Shown here: in pieces, positions 25,501 through 38,243 of the stretch
Numbering within the stretch: the stretch's first letter is position 1
How the letters are laid out: each line of letters opens with the position of its first letter
Assembly (NCBI GenBank): GCA_051362555.1
Contig: CM120640.1
Span: forward strand, 15,872,001 to 15,936,000
Length of the DNA stretch: 64,000 bases
DNA from: Lingula anatina
Lineage: Eukaryota; Animalia; Brachiopoda
Direction of reading: 5' to 3'
The notes under the pieces: generated by a model
The model's database searches: none
What the model saw: only the letters and a program-made list of their open reading frames with translations
Told to the model about the DNA's origin: nothing
Position numbers and translations under genes: made by a program

Positions 25501-26838
25501 GTTGATTGGTTTATCTTGTTTACCTCAATGTGCAGGGATTTTTAAATATTAACCTGCACAGAGAAAAAATTGGGAGTCAAAACTCTAAACATCAAACAGA
25601 TTTGCTAATTCTCGCGAGATAATTGTTTTCACCTATAACATTATTCATCTAATTAAGGTGTAAATTGAAATAGGAGGAAGCCTAAACGTGAACAAATGCT
25701 GATACCAAATCAAAGTGCAAAATGTAAATTGTGTCACAGTATGTGAGAAAGTTCAGCTAATATATAACCAGAATAGGTATGCTTAACTTATTACAGTAGG
25801 AAGAGTCCAAGGGTAGGGTCCAAAGTCCAACTGACCCAGTTTGTATTGGCACCAGTGCCAAAATTTTGAGCCTTAATCCCATGTTAATCTTGTATTGACA
25901 GATCACTGAGACATCCTAGGTAGCTAGCTATCTAGGGATGTTTGAATTTTGATATATAACATATGCACTGATTTGACACCTACAAGTTCCATTAATCACT
26001 TTACTTATGAGTTACTTATTAATGCGTTGGGGTTAGATTTTATAATAACTCAGTCATTGATCTACTTCTTGATTTGTACCCATTTTTACACATTTTGTTG
26101 AAATGACCCTTTTTCTCCAAGAAAGGAACAAAATGTTTTGCCTTAAATACTCAATTTTGGTTGCAACCAACATTTATGATTTGATGATTTGATTTTACTT
26201 TAAACCTTCAGAAACAAGAGAAACCCTTTCATTGCCACGCTGTTGGCACCAGTACTCTTTATGAATTGTCAACCATGTCTGCTCACTGTGTAAAAGGTAA
26301 AAAAGACGTTGTGCTTATGTAAGTCACTCTGACCCATGAGATGGATCACATTACAGTCAGCCCAATTCTTCAGAAACATATTCTTTTAGCATTATATAGT
26401 GAAAATGGTCAATAAAAAAGAGAGGAAAAAAATAATTATAATCAAATACATGTTGCTCTCAGGTCTATTTTTGGACCAAAAGCAATTGGGATGGTTTTCT
26501 AGATTTAAAAAAAATCCTCTAAAGAAAACATGGTTGTTTGATTGTGTATCATTGACAGTTTCTTTCATCTGAAATATTTGTGCCAGGGGGTATTCCAGGA
26601 AAATTGATGTTTTGGTCATATGAGAACATTTGTTTAGATTGTAACCAAACTGTGGGCAAAGCCATTAAACAAGTTCGTGTGGCTCAGATTTCTGTTTGAA
26701 AGGATTGGATCCAAGCTGATATCAGCTTATGTTTTTGCTGCATCTTTATATTTTCACTTTTACTCTACATGATAGATGGGTTGGATATTTCAAATAATGC
26801 AGAGAATTGCTTGCTACCCTTTCTCAGGGGTACATTTG

Positions 26839-26889
<51 letters not shown>

Positions 26890-29800
26890 TAGAGAGAGAG
26901 CAGTGGCAGATTTATGGGGGGTGTCAGGGGGTCCAGACTGCCATCTTGGATTTCTGAAAAATTAAAATTTTGACGAGCTGAATCATAGTTCTAAATTGAA
27001 CCAAATTGCACTCTCCGCCCTCTCAAATACCAAAATGTTTCCCCATGCCAAGGAGGGGGGGCACAGCTTCCCATCCACAGACCCCCCCCCCTTTCAAATA
27101 ATCATGGATCTGCCCCTGGAGCGAGATGGGGGGATTAAACAATTTTAATGCCAAAATGACATCTGATCAGCTTTCTAGGTGAGGGACCCCTAGGAAATGC
27201 ATCCTTTTATCTGATTATACAAACTGCTCAGGTAACATAAGCTCATTGCAAGCATATTAAAACAGGCCAGGTGTTGGAAACTGTGTGGTTATTTCTTATC
27301 TCTTCCTTTTCCTTATTTAAATCCGTAGTGTTCATTCAGCTTATGAGTCTGATGGATTAAATCCAATTAATCCATTACAAGCACTTTTACCCTTTAGTCT
27401 TTCCAGTTTGTAGAGCCCAGGTTGTGTTAAACTGGGTTTCTATACCTAGATCAATCTAACAGGATCGATCCATCTCCCTGGGGTTTCTCACTAAATTGCT
27501 TTCAGCTTAAGTAGCCTACAGAAGTTGCCTAATGATAGTTAATTACCCCCTAGTGGCTTCAGTAGGCATGAAAGATATCTAAGCCACTTGAGTTTATTGC
27601 AATTTAGCGGGAACCCCCTAGGAGATAGATCGATCCACTGTTAGTACGATAGTGTCTGGGAATGGTCCTTAAAACAGATTGCCTTTACACACAATGGGTA
27701 GATAGAGCATACAAGCCATGTAACAACCCCTCCCCCACCATCATTCAAAACAATTAGCCCTAGATGACTCCTTAACAAGTGCTCCTTTCTGGAACTATCC
27801 AGTTACAATATTGACCTGGAGGTGACCCATGCAGGAGGGATGTTATGTAATGTGTAGAGAGTGTTACCAAGCAATACCCCAGAGGCTGCCAGAGCAGCTC
27901 AAGTGGTTTTGTATTGTCCTTGGAACTAAGGCAAGGTGGTGTGGGGTATCAGAAACCATCAATGAAGTAATGAGGAATGCTAGCTGGGGTCCTGGGTTAC
28001 ATGGCAGATCATTATGCATGCAATATCTTCATCTAATTATAATGAACAAAAGAAATTGTTTTAAATAGAGAAGCAAAAAAAAAAAAAGGAAAAATAGTGA
28101 ATTGTACATGTAAGAAAGTTTTTATGTGTCTCTTATTGTTGGACATGCTTGTTTAGTTTTGATGACTGTAGCAGATCTAAAACAAAATCATAGAGGCAAG
28201 GCATAACAAAGAATGCTTGCTGCATGGTGTTGAAAGTTAAGGCAAGCTTTGATGGCAATAATGGCAATATCTTTAAAGGGTAGAATATTACTTCAGAATC
28301 CATAAGTCTATTTTGGTCACGGTGTCTCCAGGGATCATATCCCACCATTTCCCACAAGCTGACATAGTTTTAAATCCGGCCCAGGTTTCCTGTTGTTTAC
28401 TGGTGGCACAGCAGTCCAACTCGTTTTCCTGCCCCTGATCCCGGGTACAAGTGAAACATTATAGCAGAATGCTTTAGTTGCAAAGAGTTTGTGGTCAATT
28501 AAAATTTCTGCAGTGTTGAGCAGTAAAACTCATTATATATCATACATCTTTTTATGTACTTAAAACATATCTGGGTTTCATTAAGAAATTAAAGATTGCA
28601 AGAAGTAACAGCTTCACATTTAATAGACTGTATTTTTTCATAGTAAAAAATGAAATATGAAAACCATCTTTCTGGTGAAAAATTTTGTGTTGTCGCAAAA
28701 ATATTGTATTCTGTGGAGGGTAAGGTTTTCACTGCTGGGGATGGAAGTCTTTAAAGGAATATAGGTAAAATCTGGTTCCAGTGGGTGGTTTTATTTGGCC
28801 TGAAAAAGAATTTTCTCTGAAAGTCAACTGGTTCATTACAATCCACTTAATACTGTTAAAAAATAATGCAGTGATTGAACTTGGTGTTTTACTTCTTTGA
28901 AACCTTCATTTTTCTGAACAAAGGAACTTAAAATCTCTGTAGATTCAATTGGGAATTTTAAGACAATTTTCAGTAAACCACATTTTGGACAGATTCCTGT
29001 TGTCACCTTCATACATTAGATGATTGTTATGTGAAAGTTGTCCTTGACAGTCATAAGTGATGCATAGATCATGCTTTAAGTCAGCTTGAAAGTGCAATAA
29101 ACATCAACAATCAAAACACTGAAGATCATATCAGTCAATATTTATTCTGTGGCTTATTTTGTTCTTAGGTTTGCGTAGCACGCACATGCAGCATGTTTAC
29201 GACTTCTACAAGCCTGATATGTCCTCCGAATACCCCGTTGTTGATGGGAAGCTCTCCATACAGTGTTACCTAGGCGCCCTGGACAGATGCTATCAAACTT
29301 ACTGTCAGAAAGCCGAGGCGTGTTTAAAACAAGGTGAGATCTAGATACAGTGACATTTCACATGGTCAACAAATTGTTTACTTTTTGTCTAATGATTAAC
29401 CCTGATGGAGGATGTGTCCGAAATTTGTCCCATGCCCTCGTTCATTTTAATGCTGAACCATCTGGATTTACAAAGTGTGAAGTAACTGGGTAGAAATAGT
29501 TTTCACACTGCATTATTGTTGGAGCATTCAATTTTTTGGTAGGGGTATTGATTTTATTTTTCATTTCGTAATTTTCTGTTAAGATGTGAGGAATTGGCTC
29601 ACCAAAAAATTATGCAGAAAATTTCAGTTAAAAAAAAGCAAAAAAAAAAATTGATCCCTTAACTAGTGTACTGAAGTACCCCGTGAGAGTCCAGGTTTAA
29701 TTTTTATCATTAAAATGTGTACAGAGTGTTACACTGTGTTTATGCCACTTGCAGTTTCAATAATGTAATCTAATGCACTTGATAACTCTTGCCTCCTGCC

Positions 29801-32800
29801 TTCTCTAAACTAGTGTTGTTGGTGGTATGGACCAAAGTCCCCTGTCAACTGGATCACACTGCAGTGAGTCACCTGTGTAGGTTGAAAGATATTGAAAAGA
29901 TTCTCCCATTTTGCCCTCCTTTTCACCTGAAACTTTGCACTTTGAGCCCTGTTGATTTTGTTGTCAGCACAGAATTCCTGCTGAGAGAAGGCATTATTGA
30001 CAAAAAAGACTTGGTTAGTCATTCTTCTGTAATATGATTGAAAATGACTTTCATATGGGTAAATAGCACACTATATTTCGTTCTTTGTTCAAAAAAAAAA
30101 TCTATCTCAAGTTATAAACCTAAATGAGTTTTTCTGACTCTCGGCACATTTTTGACTTTTTGGGCGCCAAAAATATAATTTTTGAGATCAATGCAGAGGG
30201 CCCTCTGGACCCCATGCCATATTTAAGACTTTTTCCACTAAATGGCAGCCCCATCCCTATATAAACTTGAATAAAATACAGGTGATAGATTTTCCTTGGC
30301 TGTTTTTGTTTATTCATAGGTTTTGCAGAGACGCTGTTGCAGTAGCCATTTGAAAACTTGAAAAAGATTCTTACCACAATTTGATAAATTTGTCATCAAC
30401 TTAGCATTCTTTTGAAAAGAATGTTTTGGTTACCATGTCACTTACTACCAAATAAATAAATAAATAAAATTTAAATAAAATGAAATAAAATAAAATAAAG
30501 TATTTGAAAGGAAAATCTAAAATAGCAGTGCTATTGTACATTAATAGTTTAAACCATTCACTGGAATCCTCCCTATTATTTTGCAGAGAACCTTGGCTCC
30601 CATTTTTCTCTAGACAGCAGTGCCTTCTTTGCCTTCCACACACCCTACTGCAAACTGGTTCAGAAGTCACTGGCAAGGCTGATGCTCAATGACTTTCTCA
30701 GGGACCCAGACGCAGGGGCCAATCCTAAATATTCAGGTTTAGAAGCTGTGAGGTATGGAGAAGAGAAACATTATCAAATACTTAGATGACATTATATGTT
30801 GTTATCATTGCTTACATCACATATGGTTGAAAAAATATATATATTGTTTGACCTGTTGAAGTAAGATTGGTATTTACAATAGTGTTATGAAAACTGTTTG
30901 AATATACAATAAATGTTGTATTAGCAGTCCTTTTTATCACAGTTGAGAAAACAGTAAATACTATTGTAGAAACTCTGTTGAAGTTGTATATTGTTACTTT
31001 ATGTTGAATGTTGATTATTGTAGAGGAGTAAAGCTTCAAGATACTTAAGAAAAAAGATAAACGTTTTAGTTTTGTTTTGAAATCTCTCTCTCTCAGGGGA
31101 GTAAAACTTGAAGATACTTACTTTGACCGTGATGTGGAAAAGGCCGTTATGGTGGCCAGTCAGTCTTTGTATAAGGAGAAGACAGAACCCACTTTGTCTG
31201 TAGCTAAACAGGTTGGCAACATGTACACCCCTTCTCTTTACGGAGGACTGGCATCCATTTTAGGAAGGTGAGGTATACTTCATTTATTTTTTTTTTTTTT
31301 CCAAATAAAAATTTACATCACATATGTAAAGGTTCACACACCAAAATAAAACGAGAAAAATGGGAGGGCCTAGCTAAGCTAGTTAACAAATGTGGTAAAA
31401 GTTAATCATGAGTGATGTGTGACATTTTTTAAATCAAACTAAGCCTGCTTACTTTTTTTAAACAGGGACACAACAATAGCAGTAATGAAAGACAAACAGT
31501 TGCTTGCCATTAATCATTGTACTACTTTTGTGGATTTAACAAGTATTATTAACTAGGCTTGAATAACAAAATGGGCAGAGCAGGTGAATTTTGGTCATGC
31601 TAAATGAAAGCCTTAGACTGGGTTCCCATGTTGAGATCGATCCATCTGAGCTTTACTAGGCATGACAGACATTTAAGCCAGTCAAGTTGACAGCAATTTA
31701 GTGAGACTCCCTAGGGAGATGGATCAATCCAAGTTTCTGTGGGAATAGTCCCTTAAGTAACAAAATTTCTTGCAGCTAATCCTCTATTTTGTCAAAACAT
31801 TGAATTTTTTCACTGAAACAGCAATGTAAATGAAGTAGTAAAAAGTACAAATATACTTGTGATTTTATGAGTTTTTTTTTTTCCTTTCACAATCAGGAAG
31901 CTATATAGTAAAAAGTAGAAATACACATTTAATTTTAGATTTTTTTTCCCTTTCACAACCAGGAAGCTACGTAGGAGAATGCTGGAAGCAAAAGTTGTTA
32001 AAATACAAATATTAGTTGCTGTCTTCATTTTAGTTTCAGTAAATTTGTAAGTTACAGCCATTCTAGGACCACATCCTGCCTGTCCTGAATACAGGGCTCC
32101 AATCTGAAATGTCTTGCTGGACTGGATTCTGGATTTATTTTTGACATATACATATATATCTTGCAGCTGTACAGAAAATATTTCTGATGCCAGCAGACAG
32201 ATTAAATAAATAAATGTCTGAAAGAAGTTTGGTTTGGTATATTGATAAAAAAAAAAAAATTGCGGTAAACCTAAACATATGAATGGGTATTTTAGATCAC
32301 TTATTGCATTGTAGGAAAGAGATTGTAAATAATTTAATAAAATTGAAAATGACTTTTTTTGAATTATTTAAACATGTCAGGTTAATAAACTAGACCCTTC
32401 CAAGTCTTCTGTTTCTAATCTGTACTCTATTCTCTGCGAAATAATTGCCATACTTTCACTAGGAAGCTGCAATATATTTACAGGCCCTTTTCTTGTCCCT
32501 CTTCCTAGAAATCATTTCTATTTTTTCTGCGTGGCTACAGGGCAATCTGCTGCTGCTTTTCATTGTATTTTTATACCAGCCATTTAAGCACTTCAGTTTC
32601 CTGGATATTGTTGCTAACACAACACACATTAGTGTGAAATATATCTTTACAAGTCTCAAAGTATTTTTCCGTGCTAGGGGAATTTAGTACTTGCAATATG
32701 TTTTATTGGGGAGTATTTGGTGTCACATGTGTGTAGATGTGTTCAACTACTTTGTTCAGAGCTCCTTGGTTTCCATTCTGTTATATGAATTATTTTAACT

Positions 32801-33531
32801 AAATTATTGTATTCTTCTGGTGATGTCTGTGTAAAGGAAATTCTCTTCTTGATTGCAAATGATCCAGTGTACATATTTAAAGAATGTCTGTGATATATAT
32901 ATTAAAAGTAAAATTGTTCTTCCTGTACGAGTATATATTATATATAATAAAAAGAAAAAAAAAAACAGCAGCTATTTTGCCCCGACCGGTTTCATTCTTT
33001 CTTATATATATATTCTTTTTGTAACTATTTTAATCTGGCAAGTTTCTGAGTATCCAAGAGGTATATCTATTTCTAAAATATTTTCCATTTACTTAAAGTA
33101 GGAACTTCTAGTGTAATAAGTGCAGCAGCTGCCTTTCTCACTTCTGGTCAGACTTCCACAAACAAGGTGATTATGACTGGAAATATCCCCTATCCCTAGA
33201 CCACTGACCAAGTTGAATGTTTCCACAGGGCTTCTTGGACTTAATAGAGCTGGTTTATTGTCTACAGTGTGGATTGCACTTGCCCCAGTCTGTTCTGGTG
33301 AACATTAAATGTGCACTAAATTAATACCCTGTTTTCCAAGAGTTACAAAACATTTATGTCAATTTCCTTCTACGGTTGTAACTAGCAGTTAATGTTAGGG
33401 CCTGACCTCGTGTGATTTATTGCGGATAACTACTGGAACATTGTCCTTTGTGGTTGATAAGAGGTGTTAAGATGAAACTCAAACATTTTGTCCAAGATAC
33501 TGATGGCATCCCTCCCCAAGCAACACACACA

Positions 33532-33574
<43 letters not shown>

Positions 33575-35463
33575 GAAAAAGAGAAAAAAAACATAGGAGT
33601 GAAGCTAGAATTGAAATATATCCACATATGTCACTACCAAAATTTCAATTTACTGTTCAGTGCACGAAATATGTATTTTGTGTTTCTGCATATGCACATG
33701 AACAATATCGAGATGGTTATTAGTCCACCTGTTCAAACAAACCAATACAACTGAATGCGATTAATCCAGTTTATTGGCAATGTTATAAGTCAAGCATATA
33801 AAATATCTATCCCTTGGAAAAATTCAATTGGTTTAAACGTATAGAAATTAAAGTTGGAATTGTGGTGTTCTAAATATATATTGAATATATTGATCCAAGT
33901 GAAGAAAAACCTGTCATTGTCACATAAAATGCAGTCCTTTCTTTCTATTTCAGCTACTCCTGCAGTGAGCTAGCAGGCAAGAGGGTGACTCTGTTCTCCT
34001 ATGGCTCTGGCCTGGCTTCTTCCATGTTCTCTCTTCACTTCTCAGAAGATGCCAGTCCAGGATCTCAGCTAGAGAGGGTGTGTTTGTCCCTCTGTGATCT
34101 CCAGGAAAGACTAGATTCTAGGAAAAAGATGCCACCCGCTGATTTTGATAAGATGATGAAGCTTAGGGAGGAAACTCACCACAAAGGTATTGAAACAGTT
34201 TTGAGTATTATAATCAAGTCAAGTTTGAATTATTTATTTACTTGGCAGTGATTGTTTGACAAGTTGTTATATTATTTTGATATCGAAAAAATTTGCATCT
34301 TTAAGATTTTGTTTTAGATGAATGATATTAGAAATAAGCTGATTGGTTATTCTCTTTTTTAATGTTAAACAGGTCAAGTGAAAGACATTTACTTCCAAAT
34401 GGTAGAGCACTCATTGTCGTATTCTGAAAATTTCTTATGTCATAATGTGCGAAGAATTTTAAGTCTATATAGGAAAAAAGTCAACATTTTAAGAAGAAAA
34501 ATTTTTCTCCAGCTCCATACACCCCAGTAGGTGATGTGGAGGCATTATTCCCAGGAACATGGTATCTCACAGAGGTAGACAGTAAACATCGCAGGAAATA
34601 TGAACGCAAAGCTCTAGCACAAGCCACAAGCATTCCATCTTCTCCTGTAGCAGCTGCAGCCCCAGTGTCTGTAAGTATCCGTTCATAGGATGTATGGGAT
34701 AGGATAAGAAAAAATTCAGTGACTAGACCCAGTACATACAATTTTCCAAATGGTCAACTCACTAGTAAGTTTTATACCTAAAAACCCCCCAAGTATCCAA
34801 AATTTTATTTGGCCTCTAATGTGAGACCATATGAAACCCATGTAACTGAGATGTTATCAGGCTTTTTGAATCATTATTGCAGACTCCTACAACCATTTTA
34901 AAAACTAATTTATTGCATGTAATTGAATTTGATTTCCCAGTGCAAGTCCCAATGTCTGGCCTCTACTGTTAAGCTGGTCCCCACACCCAGATCAGAACCT
35001 GAATTTTCAACTTTGAAAAATGTCTCCCGCAGTCCCACCATTTTCCATATGGTGTTGCCATGGCATCATGGCCTGTTAAGAAAATTTGGCGTCTGAGGTT
35101 TTATGTGCACTTGTCGCGTTTGTTACTTGGTATGATGTATGGATCTGGCAATACAAAGCTTTTGACAGACTGTAATTACTTCAGCGAAGAGAAATGCACA
35201 ATATGACACATGGCGTGGAATTTGTTCCTCCATTGCCACCCCAGACATTTCACCTGTCCCTAGTTTTCATTGTTTGCAATAGAATTTTTAAGAAATTATT
35301 CACCCCTTTTTATTTTGTTTAACAGAAAAAGTGTCGGGAATGATTTGGTATTTTGTACATTAGATTGGCACTTAATTCTGTTTTTAATTTTTTTTCTTTC
35401 CAGGTAAAAGGGCTTCCCACCACATCTGCACAAGCTGTTGCTGCCTCTACAACTTCAAATTGA
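22543..35463 (+). CDS. HMGCS1: Hydroxymethylglutaryl-CoA synthase (cytosolic type, ~507 aa)
   Basis: Coding exons 22543-22987, 24564-24689, 29169-29333, 30587-30752, 31097-31267, 33954-34186, 34513-34670, 35404-35463 (1524 nt, phases consistent). Motifs: [38 protein letters not shown] (catalytic Cys), [19 protein letters not shown] (catalytic His), [25 protein letters not shown]. The last exon is less certain. Confidence 0.95.
24095..24307. mobile_element. MITE with ~21-bp TIRs
   Basis: CAGGCATTATAAACGGATTAG ... CTAATCCGTTTATAAGGCCTG; flanks AACTC / AATTC (4 of 5 match, degraded 5-bp TSD). Confidence 0.72.
26841..26885. repeat. (TG)n microsatellite
   Basis: Uninterrupted TG run. Confidence 0.9.
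26901..27118. mobile_element. MITE of the CAG(T/G)GGC(A/G)GAT family
   Basis: CAGTGGCAGATTTATGGGGGG ... GGATCTGCCCCTG; flanks GAGAG / GAGCG. Confidence 0.65.
27462..27636. mobile_element. Palindromic (foldback/MITE-like) repeat, with a second degraded copy at ~31635-31730
   Basis: GGATCGATCCATCTCCCTGGGG...CTAAATTGC and its inverted partner GCAATTTAG...CCCTAGGAGATAGATCGATCC; related arms recur in a later HMGCS intron. Confidence 0.55.
33522..33570. repeat. (CA)n microsatellite
   Basis: CA run with minor interruptions. Confidence 0.9.
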
Positions 35464-36734
35464 CATAAGTTAAATTTCTAGGAAAAAAGCTCAAATTAAG
35501 ACCTTTATACTTCTTTGCTTACATTCATAATATATAAAAATTCAGTATTGGTTTTAATCAATTTTAGTATGGAGTTATATAACTAATATTTTTATGACAA
35601 CTTATGTTTATGCTCCGTAGGCAAAATTAGGTTGATGTAGCATATGTGTTGGTGCATATATGTATATTACAATAATAATAAATATTAAACAGGGGTGGAC
35701 ACTAAATTTACTGATTTTGTGAAGTTTTTATTCACAGACATCTCACATACATAATATGTCAAAATAGTGAAAATGCCAAACTAATTTGTATTGTTTTGTT
35801 TGTTAAGAATTTTTTAAAGTTTTCCATTGGTTTTGATATTGCTTTGTGAGTCACTTTTGTATAGCATTTAAATATTAGCGTATACAATTTAATGTGTCAC
35901 ATCTCTTTTGAGGTCACATGTTTTTCTTGTGTGTTGAAATGGAGAATGTTCAGCATTTAGAATATTTCAGAATTTCTCATGTACCACAGCATCAGTGAGT
36001 TGGAACTGACAAGTTTTAAAAACTTTTCATGTCAGATTGTATGCTGATAAAAACTACTATAGAGCAGTAAGAGATGTGATAGAGCCTCAATATGTTCAGT
36101 GATTTTAGCACCTCGTGCAAACTGATTTGGAGATTATTTGTCTAATTCAAATGGGGTTTGAATTAAGTTGCCTGTACGCATTTATGCTGAAGTGTATGTA
36201 TGCAACATTTGTGATTTCTAAAATGGATGGAAATAAAATATTTTTATTAAAAGATAGACATTCTTCTGTGAGTAAAGAGCAGTGACTGTATTCCGATTTG
36301 ATGAGAACGGAATATTTTAGACAAATGAAATGCTGTACAGAAGTTAATAATATTTGGCTTATGTAAGGATCCTTGTACAAATATTTATATATCAAAGAAA
36401 CAGTATTTCTGCCAGGCATTATAGATAGATACAAAGATTAAATTCAATGTGTTGAAATATGGTAATAGGTTGGGAATTTCACTTCCGAACTATCTTCATA
36501 ATCGATTGCATCTTTATGCTAGATAAGATCTATGAAAATGCGTTAGATGAGAAGGCCCGAGCATTGCCCTGTGCGCTTTTCTTGTGTATGGAAAATTTCT
36601 AAATTGCGTTTGTTGAGAAACTCCCAGTTACAACTTTCCTTGTGCTTCAGCTCAACACAATTATTCCCTCGAGCGTAGTGTACACCTTTTTTTAAACCAG
36701 ATAACAAACTGGGAGACAGACGTACAGATTTCCG

Positions 36735-38243
36735 ATGAAATTCAGGAGCAGGATATTAATTGCTTTGTTCATTGGAACCATAGCACATTTGTGTTTATCA
36801 TTACTGAGTCTTTCAAAGAAGTATCATGCCACATCCAGGCAATTCATTTCTAACGGGATGGGGGAGGTGTTGCTTTTTGATTCACATGAGAACCCTCCTG
36901 CAATCGGAATGCCGGTGGCGCATAAGCTAGGTGTAGACGTACCCGAGCGCAAAGAATACGTATTTGGTATCCTTGCAAGCGACCCACCCATTGGAATCGT
37001 TCAAACAGTGGCGTCAATTTTAAAACACGTGGCTATGGAAGACGGAAAGAAGATTAGCATTATCGTTCTGCTGACCACCATGTCCGATTCTGCTCGACAA
37101 AATATTGAAATGGAAATGGTGAAGCATTTTTCAGAGGAAATACAAATGGGAATGATGGAAATCGTCACTGCACACCCGACCTTTTACGAAAATAATATGA
37201 AGGGGCAGTCGGATAGATCGGTGCTGAGCTGCGCTTATCTTATGCAGTATAGTCATCAAAGAGGCGATTTCTACATTCATTTGGATGATACCGTTATTGC
37301 CACTAGAAGATTGTTTCCTGCGATTGAAAACTTTCTCGGATCTGTACAGCACAACTATTGGATCTCAATTGACTTTTCTACAATGGCAATATTAGGACAA
37401 CTGTTCAGATCGAGCGAAATATTACACGTGGCAGAATTTTTCATTTCGTTTAATGCGTCTTCGTCACCTGACCGTCTACTTCAACTCTACGTGGATTCTC
37501 AGCAACCACCGTGTCATATCGCGAAAAACAGACCAGTTCAACGTCACTGTTTTCAGGAACTTGGTTTGTCGCGGGTTTTACACCGCCCATCTTTATTCAC
37601 GCACAATAAAAATTTGACAAAATCCCGAAACAATTTAGCAGAAAATGAATTTCCCAACCTTCCCTTAACGTATGAGCCATGGCCGTGGGACGACGTTCCA
37701 ATCTATATAAACCCTCCAGCAAGACTGAGCACCTCTCTTCGCCACCATCACAACCACAGCTTGGAGAGAGCCTACCGCTATCTAGACTACTTTTATGCCA
37801 TTCAGCCCAAGGCGGGGGACATGATTTACTACAATTTCACGCCTCCGGTCGTGCTGGAGGAGTTTTTCATTCAATGTGGGAGCAAGGAGCATCCATGGAT
37901 TAAATTTTCCACCTCTACGTATGTAGACGTTCTGCCACTGCTCCCCGATAGAATTAACTTAACAAACGGCCCTTTCTTTAACTACGGTTTCCTAGACGAC
38001 GGTTACGTTAAAGTAGCGCGCTTTGACAATCGAGGAAAGGCTGAGGGCCCACTTGGGGATAGGTTTAGAAAGATAGTCTCTGTTCGAATTCGGATAACTA
38101 CAGACCACGGGGACTGGGTACCGGTACGGCACATGAGTTTCAAGCTACAACTGATACCCAGCGGGAGAAGGCCTTGTTGTGAGCCCTACTGGCCAGACCC
38201 CTTTCCCGGGGGAATACCGGGGGTGCGAAATGTGCGTGACTAA
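36735..38243 (+). CDS. MGAT4/GnT-IV-like (GT54) type II membrane protein, intronless, diverged catalytic motifs, C-terminal lectin-like domain
   Basis: 502-aa single ORF with an N-terminal TM (RILIALFIGTIAHLCLSLL). GT54-like segments YLMQYSHQRGDFYIHLDDTVIA, WISIDFS...LGQLFRS and RPSLFTH. MGAT4A/B-like C-terminal segment NPPARLSTSL..HSLERAY...YFYAIQPKAGD..YNFTPPVVLEEFFIQCGSKEHP. Confidence 0.82.
   Translation: MKFRSRILIALFIGTIAHLCLSLLSLSKKYHATSRQFISNGMGEVLLFDSHENPPAIGMPVAHKLGVDVPERKEYVFGILASDPPIGIVQTVASILKHVAMEDGKKISIIVLLTTMSDSARQNIEMEMVKHFSEEIQMGMMEIVTAHPTFYENNMKGQSDRSVLSCAYLMQYSHQRGDFYIHLDDTVIATRRLFPAIENFLGSVQHNYWISIDFSTMAILGQLFRSSEILHVAEFFISFNASSSPDRLLQLYVDSQQPPCHIAKNRPVQRHCFQELGLSRVLHRPSLFTHNKNLTKSRNNLAENEFPNLPLTYEPWPWDDVPIYINPPARLSTSLRHHHNHSLERAYRYLDYFYAIQPKAGDMIYYNFTPPVVLEEFFIQCGSKEHPWIKFSTSTYVDVLPLLPDRINLTNGPFFNYGFLDDGYVKVARFDNRGKAEGPLGDRFRKIVSVRIRITTDHGDWVPVRHMSFKLQLIPSGRRPCCEPYWPDPFPGGIPGVRNVRD

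Noticed and set aside
34373-34401. Possible HMGCS micro-exon (ag|GTCAAG...AAATG|gt)
   Set aside because: It is 29 nt long, so it would shift the frame before the conserved LFPGTWYL exon.
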